64,000 nt of DNA from an uncultured Ignavibacteriales bacterium (GCA_964489705.1 CAZAZQ010000005.1:101496-165495); one strand, 5' to 3'. Counted from the first letter of the stretch, positions 10,090-19,674 are shown. The notes: generated by a model not told the origin, from the letters alone. Numbers and translations: made by a program.

Positions 10090-10896
10090 ATGAAAGCTAT
10101 AGGGACAGCGCTGATAATTTTCTCCGTGATGCTGGCAGGTCGCGTAACGGCGGCGGTGTCGCTCAAACCGACCCCAGTCCAAACGGAGCTTCGCTCTCAG
10201 TTGTGGTCGGGAGGAGAAAGTTCTTTTAATGATGCGTTTACTTCCCCAAAGGAAGAACGAGAGGAAAGCTCATGGGGGATCCCTCGGCAGGAAAAGGAGG
10301 GAAAAAAGACGGTCGGGAAGGCGATTTTGTATTCGTTGGTGTTGCCGGGGTGGGGGGAGTACTACGCGGGACAAAAGCGAAAAGCGCGGGTTTTCTTTAC
10401 TGTCGAAGCCCTCACGTGGCTCGGCTATTTCAGCTTTCGCACCTACGGCGGGTGGAAACGGGACGACTACATTCACTTTGCCCGAGAACGGGCAAACGCC
10501 CAATTGGAAGGGAAAAACGATTGGTTTATCGATATCGTCGGGTTTTATGACGATATCGACGAATATAATACTTTCGGCAGGGTTTTCGACCCTGACCGTC
10601 CCTACTTGGAAGACACCCCTGAAAATCACTGGCGCTGGCAGAGCCCGGCAGACAGGGACATCTATCGACATTTGAAAAACCGCAGCCGGGAAGCGTACCG
10701 CCGAGCCAACTTTATGATTGGGGTGGCAATCGTCAATCGAGTCCTTTCCATTATCGACGCTGTCCGTGACGTAAAGCGAGCCCAAGCCCGGCAGGTGGAT
10801 TCGTTCGGTATCACCGAACGATTGCGGATGAAAATCGATGTCGATCCGTTTCGTGATATCCAACGTGTTCGATTGACTTTCTTTACCCCGTGGTAA
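10090..10896 (+). CDS. Hypothetical envelope protein (DUF5683-like), paralog 2
   Basis: The ATG at 10090 lies 4 nt after GGGAG (the track starts at GTG 10087). The motif LYSLVLPGWGEYYAGQKRKARVFFTVEALTW and the C-terminal IVNR..S..DA segment parallel the upstream gene. Confidence 0.55.
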   Translation: MKAIGTALIIFSVMLAGRVTAAVSLKPTPVQTELRSQLWSGGESSFNDAFTSPKEEREESSWGIPRQEKEGKKTVGKAILYSLVLPGWGEYYAGQKRKARVFFTVEALTWLGYFSFRTYGGWKRDDYIHFARERANAQLEGKNDWFIDIVGFYDDIDEYNTFGRVFDPDRPYLEDTPENHWRWQSPADRDIYRHLKNRSREAYRRANFMIGVAIVNRVLSIIDAVRDVKRAQARQVDSFGITERLRMKIDVDPFRDIQRVRLTFFTPW

Positions 10897-10902
10897 GGTA
10901 CG

Positions 10903-11877
10903 GTGATGCGGTGCTGGTGGAGACAGGTGGCGGTTCTTGCTCTCGTCGGAGTGACGATACTGTCATGCAGCCATCCGCCGCGGGAGACGTACGAAGAAGC
11001 GGCGGATGAAGCCGTCTCGTATGCGCTGTTGGTAGAGAAAGAACTCTCCGGAGTGGTGTTCAATAAACCCCTCTCCGACCCGGCTGGGTTGGCGGTGGAC
11101 GGACGCGGTTTTCTCTACGTCTGCGACCGGGGAAACAACCGGGTGCTTAAATTTGATTCCCAGTATGTTGCCCTTGACGAAGTGGGCGGTTATGGTTCCG
11201 AAGAGAACATGCTCTCCCGCCCTTCTTTTCTTACCGTGGATGATGAGTTGAATCTGTACGTCAGCGACGAGGGGAACCAACGTATTTGTCGTTACAACCC
11301 CCAGTTGGAATTCATCGAAGCGATTCCTTTTTTCGACGAAGAGGAGCCGTTCAAATTCGGCGCCCCGGCGGGGGTGAACTTGACGGGTTTTGGGGAATTG
11401 TGGGTGGCGGACAAAGAGCGCAACCGAATAGCGCTGTTTACCAATGTCGGTTCATTCGATAGGTTTATCGGAGAATTCGGTTCCCCCGGCGGCCAACTCC
11501 TCCGCCCGGAAAAGATTCTTCGCGCTCGGAACGGCGATTTCTATGTCTGTGATGCGGGCAACAGCCGGGTGGTGGTCTATGACGAGTACGGCAATTTCCG
11601 GCGGGAAATACTCGTCCCCGGTTCCCTGACGTATCCGCGGGCGGCGGCGCTTGCGGGTAAGCGCTTGTGGGTGCTTGACCAGGCGACAGGAAAGGTGGAA
11701 TTGTTTACTCAGAGCGGGCGGAAAGTATTTGAAACCGGTCCGCTGCTTATCGGTACCCGGCAGCCCCTCAGCGAGCCCTCGGATATTACCCTGAACTGGT
11801 CGGGAAGGCTTTTGATTGCCGACAGCGGCAATAATCGGGTACTGGTGTGCCGGATAATTACCGGTTCCTCTCCGTAG
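10903..11877 (+). CDS. NHL-repeat beta-propeller lipoprotein
   Basis: A lipobox-like LVGVTILSC is present. Five or six repeats of type VCDRGNNRVLKFD, VSDEGNQRICRYN, VADKERNRIALF, VCDAGNSRVVVYD and IADSGNNRVLVCR occur. Confidence 0.8.
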   Translation: MMRCWWRQVAVLALVGVTILSCSHPPRETYEEAADEAVSYALLVEKELSGVVFNKPLSDPAGLAVDGRGFLYVCDRGNNRVLKFDSQYVALDEVGGYGSEENMLSRPSFLTVDDELNLYVSDEGNQRICRYNPQLEFIEAIPFFDEEEPFKFGAPAGVNLTGFGELWVADKERNRIALFTNVGSFDRFIGEFGSPGGQLLRPEKILRARNGDFYVCDAGNSRVVVYDEYGNFRREILVPGSLTYPRAAALAGKRLWVLDQATGKVELFTQSGRKVFETGPLLIGTRQPLSEPSDITLNWSGRLLIADSGNNRVLVCRIITGSSP

Positions 11878-11922
11878 GGAAGCGAAGAGTGAACGGGTGG
11901 CACCGCGGAAAAGCGTGCTCCC

Positions 11923-14900
11923 GTGACGGGTAAGAAGGATGGTGAACATCTCGTGTTTCCAGCTTTGGGTCGGCGTGTGAGAGGATGGGGGGGAGTAGGG
12001 GCGGTTATTTTTCTTCTTGTCTGTCCTCTTGGTGCCGCAGTCGAGCGTCGCTTCGTCGGGGAAGAAATTCCGTCGCGCTTTACCGTCGGTGGAAGCGGAA
12101 TTTTCACCGGCTCCGATTCCTTGTTTCTTAACGGCAGACTTCTGGAACGAGGGAAAGATTATGTTTATCGAAAAGCGGAAAGAATGTTCGACCTTTCGTC
12201 CCTTTCCGCCGGTTCCGCCGACACCTTGACGATCCGCTATGAACCCTTGCCGCGCTGGTTACTGCGCTCTTACGGACGGACGGTACCGCCGATCTCCAGT
12301 TCCCCCTCGTCAAACGGTTTTTCCGCTTCTTCCCACCTTCCTTCGCCGTGGAAAAAGGGAACCTCCCAAAGCTCTCAAGTAACTCTCTCAGGAACCAAAG
12401 CGTTCAGTTTTACGACCCAGACCGCGGGAACGTCCCGTTTCAGCCAATCACTGGCGCTTGAACTGCGCGGCTCTCTTTCTCCCGGCGTGGAAATCGCCGG
12501 AACCATTTCAGATAAAGGGTACACCCCTGCGTACGGACCATTGAACAGTCGCCTCAGCGACCTTGACCGGGTGAATCTGCGACTGCGCTCCGAGAGAGTA
12601 AAGGCGCAAGTGGGCGACATTCTCATACCGGGGGCATTACGCACCGAATTCGATATGCCGACTGCGAAGCGTCTTTCCGGTGCTTCGGTCGAACTGCGGG
12701 GCGACCGGTGGCACACCGATGGGTTGGTCGCCAGACCGAAGGGGAAATTTCAGACCTCCCGTTTCGTTGGAATTGACGGCGTCCAGGGACCGTATCAAAT
12801 CGGAGAAGAAAAAACGTTCACGGCAATAGTGCCCGGCTCCGAGCGAGTGTGGTTGGACGGGAAACTTCTGGAGCGAGGAGCGGACAAAGATTACACCATC
12901 GATTATCCGACCGGGCGAATTACGTTCAGCGCTCTTCATCCTATCGACCGCCTCAGCCGGATAGAGATAGACTACGAGCCGCGCCTGTCGGATTATCGAG
13001 GTGAGTTGTACGCCGCATCCGGCGGGGTGGTAAACGGTGATTCCGCTTTTTTTATGTCGGTCGGGTTTTATCGGGAAGGTGACGATAAACTCCAGCCCTT
13101 GCGCGGAGAGTTGACGGAAGAGGAAAAGCGGCTCCTTGACGAGGTGGGAGACAGCGTCGGGGCGGCGTTTCGCTCCGGCGTCGTGACCGACAGCGGAGGA
13201 AACTATACTCTTGTGGTCGACAGTTTGCCGGACTCCGTTCTTCAATACGTCGGCGGAGGGAACGGCGAGTACCGCGTGACGTTCAGCTACGTGGGAGAAG
13301 GAAAAGGGGAGTATCGGTTCTTGGGTGGGGAGATCTACCAATATGTCGGGGAAGGGGAAGGAGATTACCTGCCGATAGTCGGTATCCCGGTGCCGGAGCG
13401 TATTGATTTCTACGTTACCCGCTTGGGACTGAGGGAACCTCACCTCGGCGAAGTGCGCTTTGACGTACGGCAATCGTCGTATGATAAGAATCTTTTTTCT
13501 TCCCGCGATGATGGTGATAACGTGGGGGGGATGTATACCCTGAGTTGGCGGAAAGAATGGTATCAAGACCGGCGAAAGAATTTCTGGCGTTTCATGGTGC
13601 GTCGGAAAGATTCCAATTTCAAGACCCGAGCCCGCGTGTACGATGTTGACTTCGGCAGGCAGGTCTTCTATCCGCCGAATTATCAGGTGCACACCCGTGA
13701 GGTTTTGTCGACGCTGGACATGACAGTTCAACCGTTCTCATACCTGCTCCTGTCTCCGTCGCTGGTGGCGGTTCGCCATCAGGGAGCATTCGAATCGGTT
13801 TCAGGGCGAATACGTACCGACCTACCGATGCATCGGTCGCTTTCCGCCTCTTGGTCATGGCAGCACATCGCCGCTCGAGCGTACCTCCCCGACAAAACCA
13901 CCGGTGAAGCGGATGTCATTGCCGGAAAGGTGCAATACCGTCTTCCACGGGGCATAACATTTTCTTCGCGATACGAGTTCGACCGACGAGTTAACACCTA
14001 CACTCATGAACTGCACGGTACCCGCTATCATCTTTACCGCGGGGGAGTTCGCAGTTTGACGGAGCAGGTGGAATATGAGCTTTACGTAGAAGACTCTCTC
14101 ATCGGGCAATGGCACAATAGCCTGAATCGAAATCGCCTTTCGCTTCGTTCCCGCCGTTCGTTCGGGAGGGTGACCGGCGAGGCGCAGTTTACTTTCCAAT
14201 GGCTTCGGCGGGATGAGGAAACGCGAAAAAGCTTTTTGGGACGCACCCATTTTCGATACTCCGATATCGCCCGCCGCCTTGATCTCAATACCAGCTATAG
14301 CTTGTCCAAGGAAACGCGTCATGCTCGGGGTATAACCTATATCGAAGTGGAACCCGGACAAGGCGATTATACGCTGGAAAACGGAGAGTACCTTCCTGAT
14401 GAGCACGGAGAATACCTGCGCGTCGAAGAAATTCTCTCTGAGGCGGCCGAGGTTTCGAAAGCGGAAAAGAGCTTTTTTGCCTCGAAAGATTTCCATCTCG
14501 TCTCTCTTCGTTTTACCTCCCAGATTCGTGAGGAATTGCTACCGTCGGGGAAACGGCAATGGTGGTGGGTTGTGCCGTTCCTTTCATCCGATGGGCAACC
14601 GTACCTGTTTTACGTGCGAAGACAACGATTGGATATGAAAGCCATCCCCAGCCGAGGCATTTATCTGTTGAATCTCATCGCTTCGCAAGAAGTGGAAAAG
14701 CGTTTCCTTTCCGGCACGGAGCGAAAGAAAGGCGCCTCCGCCGTGGAGTTTACCGTGAAACAAGCGACGGGTCACCTCTATTTCAGCGAGTCCGTGCGGC
14801 TCTTTTCGACCGAACGGGATGCGTATTATAACGGCATCGGAAAAGTCGACGGTTACCGCTTGAGAGCTTCCGTGAAACGATTGCTTTCTTCTTATGAGAT

Positions 14901-15231
14901 AACCTCCGGGGTGGCGTACCGCATGGCGAAAGCCCAAAATGATGATCGAGTTAAGAGTTATTCGCTCTTTCTCAATACCCGGCGACAGTTTTTGAAACGC
15001 GGCAACATCCGTACGACCTTCGAATGGTATCGCCAGGATATTGATGCGGCAGAACCGGTATCGTATCAGTTGACCGACAACAAATCAGGGAACCAAGGAG
15101 TCCTGTGGTCGCTGCGTGTGCAATATGGAGTCAAGGAAGGGGTGCGGTGTCGTCTTGACGTTTCCGGGCGTCATGCCGACAACCGTCGGGCGCGGCTGAC
15201 CGGGAAAGGAGAGCTGGTCGTTGGGTTCTAA
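11923..15231 (+). CDS. Large (1102 aa) predicted outer-membrane/beta-rich protein of unknown function
   Basis: It is a long uninterrupted ORF with an N-terminal hydrophobic segment. The alternating beta-strand-like composition is rich in R, Y, S and G, and the C-terminus ends in GELVVGF (aromatic terminal residue typical of OMPs). The start codon is uncertain (GTG 11923 or a downstream GTG). Confidence 0.5.
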   Translation: MTGKKDGEHLVFPALGRRVRGWGGVGAVIFLLVCPLGAAVERRFVGEEIPSRFTVGGSGIFTGSDSLFLNGRLLERGKDYVYRKAERMFDLSSLSAGSADTLTIRYEPLPRWLLRSYGRTVPPISSSPSSNGFSASSHLPSPWKKGTSQSSQVTLSGTKAFSFTTQTAGTSRFSQSLALELRGSLSPGVEIAGTISDKGYTPAYGPLNSRLSDLDRVNLRLRSERVKAQVGDILIPGALRTEFDMPTAKRLSGASVELRGDRWHTDGLVARPKGKFQTSRFVGIDGVQGPYQIGEEKTFTAIVPGSERVWLDGKLLERGADKDYTIDYPTGRITFSALHPIDRLSRIEIDYEPRLSDYRGELYAASGGVVNGDSAFFMSVGFYREGDDKLQPLRGELTEEEKRLLDEVGDSVGAAFRSGVVTDSGGNYTLVVDSLPDSVLQYVGGGNGEYRVTFSYVGEGKGEYRFLGGEIYQYVGEGEGDYLPIVGIPVPERIDFYVTRLGLREPHLGEVRFDVRQSSYDKNLFSSRDDGDNVGGMYTLSWRKEWYQDRRKNFWRFMVRRKDSNFKTRARVYDVDFGRQVFYPPNYQVHTREVLSTLDMTVQPFSYLLLSPSLVAVRHQGAFESVSGRIRTDLPMHRSLSASWSWQHIAARAYLPDKTTGEADVIAGKVQYRLPRGITFSSRYEFDRRVNTYTHELHGTRYHLYRGGVRSLTEQVEYELYVEDSLIGQWHNSLNRNRLSLRSRRSFGRVTGEAQFTFQWLRRDEETRKSFLGRTHFRYSDIARRLDLNTSYSLSKETRHARGITYIEVEPGQGDYTLENGEYLPDEHGEYLRVEEILSEAAEVSKAEKSFFASKDFHLVSLRFTSQIREELLPSGKRQWWWVVPFLSSDGQPYLFYVRRQRLDMKAIPSRGIYLLNLIASQEVEKRFLSGTERKKGASAVEFTVKQATGHLYFSESVRLFSTERDAYYNGIGKVDGYRLRASVKRLLSSYEITSGVAYRMAKAQNDDRVKSYSLFLNTRRQFLKRGNIRTTFEWYRQDIDAAEPVSYQLTDNKSGNQGVLWSLRVQYGVKEGVRCRLDVSGRHADNRRARLTGKGELVVGF

Positions 15232-16750
15232 GGTGAGAGAAAAAGTGTTTCCCATTCCTTACGAAGAGAGGAAACCTTTCGTAAGAGTCTTGGCAGCAAT
15301 TGTGTTGGTATTGTTGTCATCATTTCCCCTTGCGGGCAACGCTCGGGAAACCGACGTTCCGTGGTGTCTCGATTCAATCTATGTTGCCGGCGATACCGTT
15401 TACGCCTTCCGCGTCGCAAGAAGTTTTACCCAAGAAGACATATCGTCCCTTATGGATGACGTCCTTCGCCCGTGGTATCGTGAGGGATACTACTGGGCAC
15501 GGGTGAGTCTCGATGAAGTACGTCGGCAGCATGACCATATTGCCCTGCGGGTGCGGCTGCAGAAAGGACCGCGGGTGTCCGTCTCACGGTTGGCGTATAG
15601 CGGGCTTACGCGGACTCGTGAGGACCTTCTCGCTCGCTACGTGACCATTGATTCCGGAGCGCTTCTTACCGACGACTTGCTTGCCCGGCTTGAAGAAAAA
15701 GCGTTGCGTCTGCGGTTTGTCGCTTTCCACCCGCCGGTTCGGGTTCTGCCGCAGGCGGGGTATACGGCGGCTGAGGTGGAGTTGCGGTTCTCCGAGAAAA
15801 AACAGTTTCAATTCAGCGGCGGCGGGGGATATGTGCCGGATGAGTCTACCGGGTTAATATGGCATCTTCAATTCGTCTTTACCAACTTGTTCGGTAAAGG
15901 AAAGCAGGCGGAAATTTCGACCGAACGGAGAGAGAAAGGGCGTCGACTCTTGGAGCTTCGTTATCGTCAACCTCTCTTTCTTATCGGGAACGATGAGGTG
16001 GCATTTGCTGCTTCCTCTCGGAATTATCAAGACCAGTTCTACGAATTCCGCCTTGAGGGAACCTACGAAACCCGCCTGGAACAGGGCTTGTCCCTGGGGG
16101 GCAAAACGGAATGGAAAAGCGTGGAACCGTCCGATACAACGTTGTCGTATTCCCGTTTTCTCGGCGGGGTTTTCGTCCGACGAACGTTTGGCAACGCACA
16201 CCGTGCCTCAAGCGGTTTCCTGCAGGTGACCTCATCGGTCTCGTATTCGTTTCGACGTTATCGGGAGAGTCAAGCAGTGTCGGAGAGCATCCCGCAAAGT
16301 TACAACGAAACCCGTCTGCATCTGGGTATAGTGGGGGAACAGCCGCTCTTTCGAGGATTGTCCGCCTTTGTGAAAATACGCTACTGGGGGCTGGAAACGT
16401 CGGAGCCGCTTCCACCGTTGGCGGAACGGTTTTTTGTCGGCGGACCGGGAACGGTGCGCGGTTTCCGTAACGAACAATTCACCGCTTTGCGCGTTCTTTC
16501 CGGCAGTTTTGAGCCGCGATGGTATTTCTCCGGGGGGTATCTTTTTCTCTTTTACGATGGCGCATATCTCAGCAACCGTCTATCCGATGCGGAAGGAAGA
16601 GTCGTCACTGCCGAGAGTTATCATAACGGCTACGGCGTCGGGATTTCCGTCCGCAGTTCGCTCCGTTCCGTGAACGTTTCGTTCGGCTGGAACCCGGCGG
16701 TGCCGTTCGACCAGCCCCGGCTTGCGGTCGAACTTTCCGCCGACCTGTAA
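15221..16750 (+). CDS. Omp85-superfamily protein (BamA/TamA/TpsB-like) with POTRA-like N-terminal region
   Basis: The SD AAGGAGAG lies 7 nt before TTG 15221 (alternative GTG 15233). The conserved Omp85 loop-6 motif context FFVGGPGTVRGF is present, with a beta-rich C-terminal half. It overlaps the upstream gene by 11 nt. Confidence 0.75.
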   Translation: MGSKVREKVFPIPYEERKPFVRVLAAIVLVLLSSFPLAGNARETDVPWCLDSIYVAGDTVYAFRVARSFTQEDISSLMDDVLRPWYREGYYWARVSLDEVRRQHDHIALRVRLQKGPRVSVSRLAYSGLTRTREDLLARYVTIDSGALLTDDLLARLEEKALRLRFVAFHPPVRVLPQAGYTAAEVELRFSEKKQFQFSGGGGYVPDESTGLIWHLQFVFTNLFGKGKQAEISTERREKGRRLLELRYRQPLFLIGNDEVAFAASSRNYQDQFYEFRLEGTYETRLEQGLSLGGKTEWKSVEPSDTTLSYSRFLGGVFVRRTFGNAHRASSGFLQVTSSVSYSFRRYRESQAVSESIPQSYNETRLHLGIVGEQPLFRGLSAFVKIRYWGLETSEPLPPLAERFFVGGPGTVRGFRNEQFTALRVLSGSFEPRWYFSGGYLFLFYDGAYLSNRLSDAEGRVVTAESYHNGYGVGISVRSSLRSVNVSFGWNPAVPFDQPRLAVELSADL

Positions 16751-16784
16751 CGGTTTTCCCTTCAGTGACCTTCAATGATTAAAG

Positions 16785-16813
16785 TTGACTGACGCTTTGT
16801 GCCGTCCTATTCT
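16785..16813 (+). promoter_or_regulatory. Sigma70-like promoter candidate (TTGACT, 17 nt spacer, TATTCT) for the UbiA-family gene
   Basis: The hexamers were read directly. The -10 element ends 5 nt before the ATG at 16819 and no SD is visible, so the transcript could be leaderless. Confidence 0.3.
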
Positions 16814-16818
16814 CAAGT

Positions 16819-17664
16819 ATGTTTCGGTTGAAAGAAGCGCTCAAATTGATGAGAGTGTTCAATTGTCTGCTGGCGATGGTGGGGGTGTTGGTGGGAGCAT
16901 ACATGACCTGGTATCAACCGTTTCGTTACGGTCCTCTCATGGCAGCCGTTGCCGCATTTTTCATCTGTGCGGGAGGGAATATCGTCAACGACATCGTCGA
17001 TGTCGAAATTGACAAAATCAATCGTCCCTACCGGGTGTTGGTGCAGGGAACGCTCAGCACAAGGTTTGCCGTTTGGCTGGCGGTAGGGACACATATTGCA
17101 GCGCTCTTGTGTGCCTGGAGCGTCAACACCCTGGTGTTGGTGGTGGCGGTTGTCGTCGGAGTATTGCTGTTACTGTACAATCTCTGGCTCAAGAGAGTCC
17201 CGCTGGCGGGGAATATCGTTATTGCTCTCCTCGGCGGCTTGACGTTCATCACCGGCGGTCTGGCGATAGATTCCGTCATGGCGTTTACTTTACCGGGACC
17301 GCTGATTCCGGCGGTGTTTGCTTTTTTCTTTCACTTGGTACGTGAGATTGTCAAGGACGTGGAGGATATCGAAGGAGACAAAAAAATCGGGCTAACGACC
17401 CTGCCGCAGGTTATCGGGGTTCAGAAAGCCCTTTCTCTTGCCTTGGGATTGTTCCTGCTCCTTGTTCTTTTGACCTATATTCCCGTATTGACCGGATGGT
17501 TCGGGTTTACGTACAAGATTATTACCGTCTATCTTGTCGATCTTCCCTTGCTGCTCTTGCTGATATTTGTCTGGTATCGTCCGACGGTGCGGATGGTTCG
17601 GGCGGCGTCGACAGGATTGAAACTCGGAATGGGGCTGGGAATTGTGGCGCTTCTGGCGGCGTGA
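16819..17664 (+). CDS. UbiA-superfamily prenyltransferase, digeranylgeranylglyceryl-phosphate synthase (DGGGPS)-like
   Basis: About 8-9 predicted TM helices. The first Asp-rich motif is NIVNDIVDVEIDKINRPYR and the second is KDVEDIEGDKKIG. The N-terminus LKLMRVFNCLLAMVGVLVGA resembles DGGGPS-type enzymes. Confidence 0.75.
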   Translation: MFRLKEALKLMRVFNCLLAMVGVLVGAYMTWYQPFRYGPLMAAVAAFFICAGGNIVNDIVDVEIDKINRPYRVLVQGTLSTRFAVWLAVGTHIAALLCAWSVNTLVLVVAVVVGVLLLLYNLWLKRVPLAGNIVIALLGGLTFITGGLAIDSVMAFTLPGPLIPAVFAFFFHLVREIVKDVEDIEGDKKIGLTTLPQVIGVQKALSLALGLFLLLVLLTYIPVLTGWFGFTYKIITVYLVDLPLLLLLIFVWYRPTVRMVRAASTGLKLGMGLGIVALLAA

Positions 17665-17719
17665 GAATTTCCTGAAACGTTTGAACAGTCGTCGAGTATA
17701 AAGTCAATTAAGGTTACTT

Positions 17720-18664
17720 TTGAATACGCGAAAGGTGCATGTGTTGTTCAGCGGCAGTACTGAGAAAAGATGGAAAAGAACAAGACTGGCGGCGAGACTG
17801 ACGCCGCTGGTTCTTTTGTGCCTGTTTTTCGGTTTGACCCCAGCGTTTGGCGTCGGCGGCATTACCGTTTCTCAAGCGGTGGACAAGTTTGACCTTGCCT
17901 TTGAAGACAGTCTTCATTTCGAGATTACCTTGACCTGGGAAGGACCTCAAACCGCCTATCTTTTCCCTCAGCCGTTGCAGCCGACCTTCGAACGCCTGCG
18001 GGTAAAAGCGTTTTCATCCTCAATCAGTTCTACCGGTTCTCCGCCCCATGAGAAGACGACCAAGAAATATCGATATACGTTAGTGCCGACGTCGTCAGGG
18101 ACGGCGACGATAGACCCGGTAACGGTCAACTACCTTTCTATGCCCGACAGCATTACCGGGGAACTGGTCACGGAAGCCATGACGGTGCAGATTGCCGAGC
18201 CATTGCCGCCGCCGAAAAAGAGCCCCTCGGGATGGTACTGGGGGATAGGCGGGGCGATAGTCGTTTTGCTTGGTGTTGTTCTCTTCTTGGCGGTGCGGCG
18301 TTCTGCCCGTAAGCGCTCTGAGACCGTGGAGAAAAGTCCGGTCGAGACGTTTTTGGAAAAATTGACCGCCGTTAAACAAGATGCCGGTGGGGATCTGAAG
18401 AAGTTCCAGGATGGGTTGTACAAAATTCTTGTGGAACTTCTATCGACGCAATATGGTATCAACGCTGATGAGCTTCCCGACGAAGAGCTTGCTCCGGCGT
18501 TGGCGTCTGCCGGAATGAGCGAAGAGGAGCGAATGCGGATAAGCGCCTGGCTGATAAAAGCCCGCCAAGACAAATTCCGTCCGGTCGTGAGTTCCCCCGG
18601 TGAGACCATTCGACTGGGGACGGAGATACGACAGTTTTTTGAAAAACAACGAAGCTCAACATAG
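17720..18664 (+). CDS. BatD-family-like membrane protein (short paralog), with an extracytoplasmic Ig-like domain, a TM helix and a helical C-terminal module
   Basis: Signal/TM segment, then a beta-rich domain, then TM (GIGGAIVVLLGVVLFLAV RRSARKR), then a helical tail ending in ARQDKFRP. The tail is comparable to the C-terminal module of the 605-aa BatD. The start codon is uncertain (TTG). Confidence 0.45.
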   Translation: MNTRKVHVLFSGSTEKRWKRTRLAARLTPLVLLCLFFGLTPAFGVGGITVSQAVDKFDLAFEDSLHFEITLTWEGPQTAYLFPQPLQPTFERLRVKAFSSSISSTGSPPHEKTTKKYRYTLVPTSSGTATIDPVTVNYLSMPDSITGELVTEAMTVQIAEPLPPPKKSPSGWYWGIGGAIVVLLGVVLFLAVRRSARKRSETVEKSPVETFLEKLTAVKQDAGGDLKKFQDGLYKILVELLSTQYGINADELPDEELAPALASAGMSEEERMRISAWLIKARQDKFRPVVSSPGETIRLGTEIRQFFEKQRSST

Positions 18665-18675
18665 ATGGAGGATAA

Positions 18676-19665
18676 ATGGATACCGATATTCAGCAGATAC
18701 AATCGAGGGTAGAGTCCGAAGCCTCGTTTGTGCAACGCTTGACCGGAGAAATCAGTTCGGTCATTGTCGGCCAGAAGTATCTTATCGAACGCCTCTTGAT
18801 CGGAATTCTTTCCGACGGTCACATCTTGATTGAAGGGGTACCGGGACTTGCCAAGACCCTTTCGGTGAAGACTCTTTCGGATGCCATCCAAGCAAAGTTC
18901 CAACGGATTCAGTTTACCCCCGACCTCTTACCGGCGGATCTTATCGGAACGATGATTTACAACCCCCAAACCGCCGAATTTTCGGTGAAGAAGGGACCGG
19001 TTTTTGCCAACATCATTCTGGCGGACGAAATCAACCGCGCTCCGGCAAAGGTTCAGTCGGCGTTATTGGAAGCGATGCAGGAGCGGCAAGTCACCATCGG
19101 AGAACACACCTTCAAACTCGACGAACCGTTCTTGGTGCTTGCCACTCAGAACCCCATCGAACAGGAAGGCACTTACCCCCTGCCGGAAGCGCAGGTCGAC
19201 CGGTTCATGCTTATGCTGAAGATAACGTACCCGTCACCGGCGGAAGAGCGGGAAATCATGGACCGCAACACGGCGACGGGAATCCCCACCGTTGCAAAGG
19301 TCATCACGCCGGAAGACATCGTCCGGGCTCGTGAGGTGGTACGTTCCATTTACGTCGATGAGAAGGTCAAAGAGTACATCATCAACATTGTCTTTGCCTC
19401 GCGGGAACCGGAAAAGTACGGTTTGGCTGAACTGAAAGACCTGATTTCTTTCGGGGCGTCTCCCCGTGCCACGATTTACTTGAATCTGGCGGCGAAGGCT
19501 CATGCTTTTTTGAAAGGGCGAGGATATATCACGCCGGAAGATGTGAAAGCCATCGGACACGATGTGCTGCGTCACCGCATTCTTCTCACCTACGAAGCGG
19601 AAGCGGAAGAAGTGACCAGCGACGATATTGTGACGAAAATCTTTGATGCGGTTGAGGTGCCGTAA
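18676..19665 (+). CDS. MoxR-family AAA+ ATPase
   Basis: The SD GGAGG lies upstream. Walker A is GVPGLAKT and Walker B is ILADEINRAPAK. The segment VLATQNPIEQEGTYPLPEAQ.DRF is typical of MoxR/RavA-type ATPases. Confidence 0.9.
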   Translation: MDTDIQQIQSRVESEASFVQRLTGEISSVIVGQKYLIERLLIGILSDGHILIEGVPGLAKTLSVKTLSDAIQAKFQRIQFTPDLLPADLIGTMIYNPQTAEFSVKKGPVFANIILADEINRAPAKVQSALLEAMQERQVTIGEHTFKLDEPFLVLATQNPIEQEGTYPLPEAQVDRFMLMLKITYPSPAEEREIMDRNTATGIPTVAKVITPEDIVRAREVVRSIYVDEKVKEYIINIVFASREPEKYGLAELKDLISFGASPRATIYLNLAAKAHAFLKGRGYITPEDVKAIGHDVLRHRILLTYEAEAEEVTSDDIVTKIFDAVEVP

Positions 19666-19674
19666 GAGCGAGCG

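Noticed and set aside
12637-13731. 364-aa minus-strand ORF inside the 1102-aa gene, plus similar long antisense ORFs at 19234-20457, 22529-23767, 28097-29143, 45953-46999 and 60837-61640
   Set aside because: All are nested antisense to genes with clear family motifs (MoxR/DUF58, BatA, UPF0104, DprA, Csm5). None has motifs, an SD or operon logic of its own.
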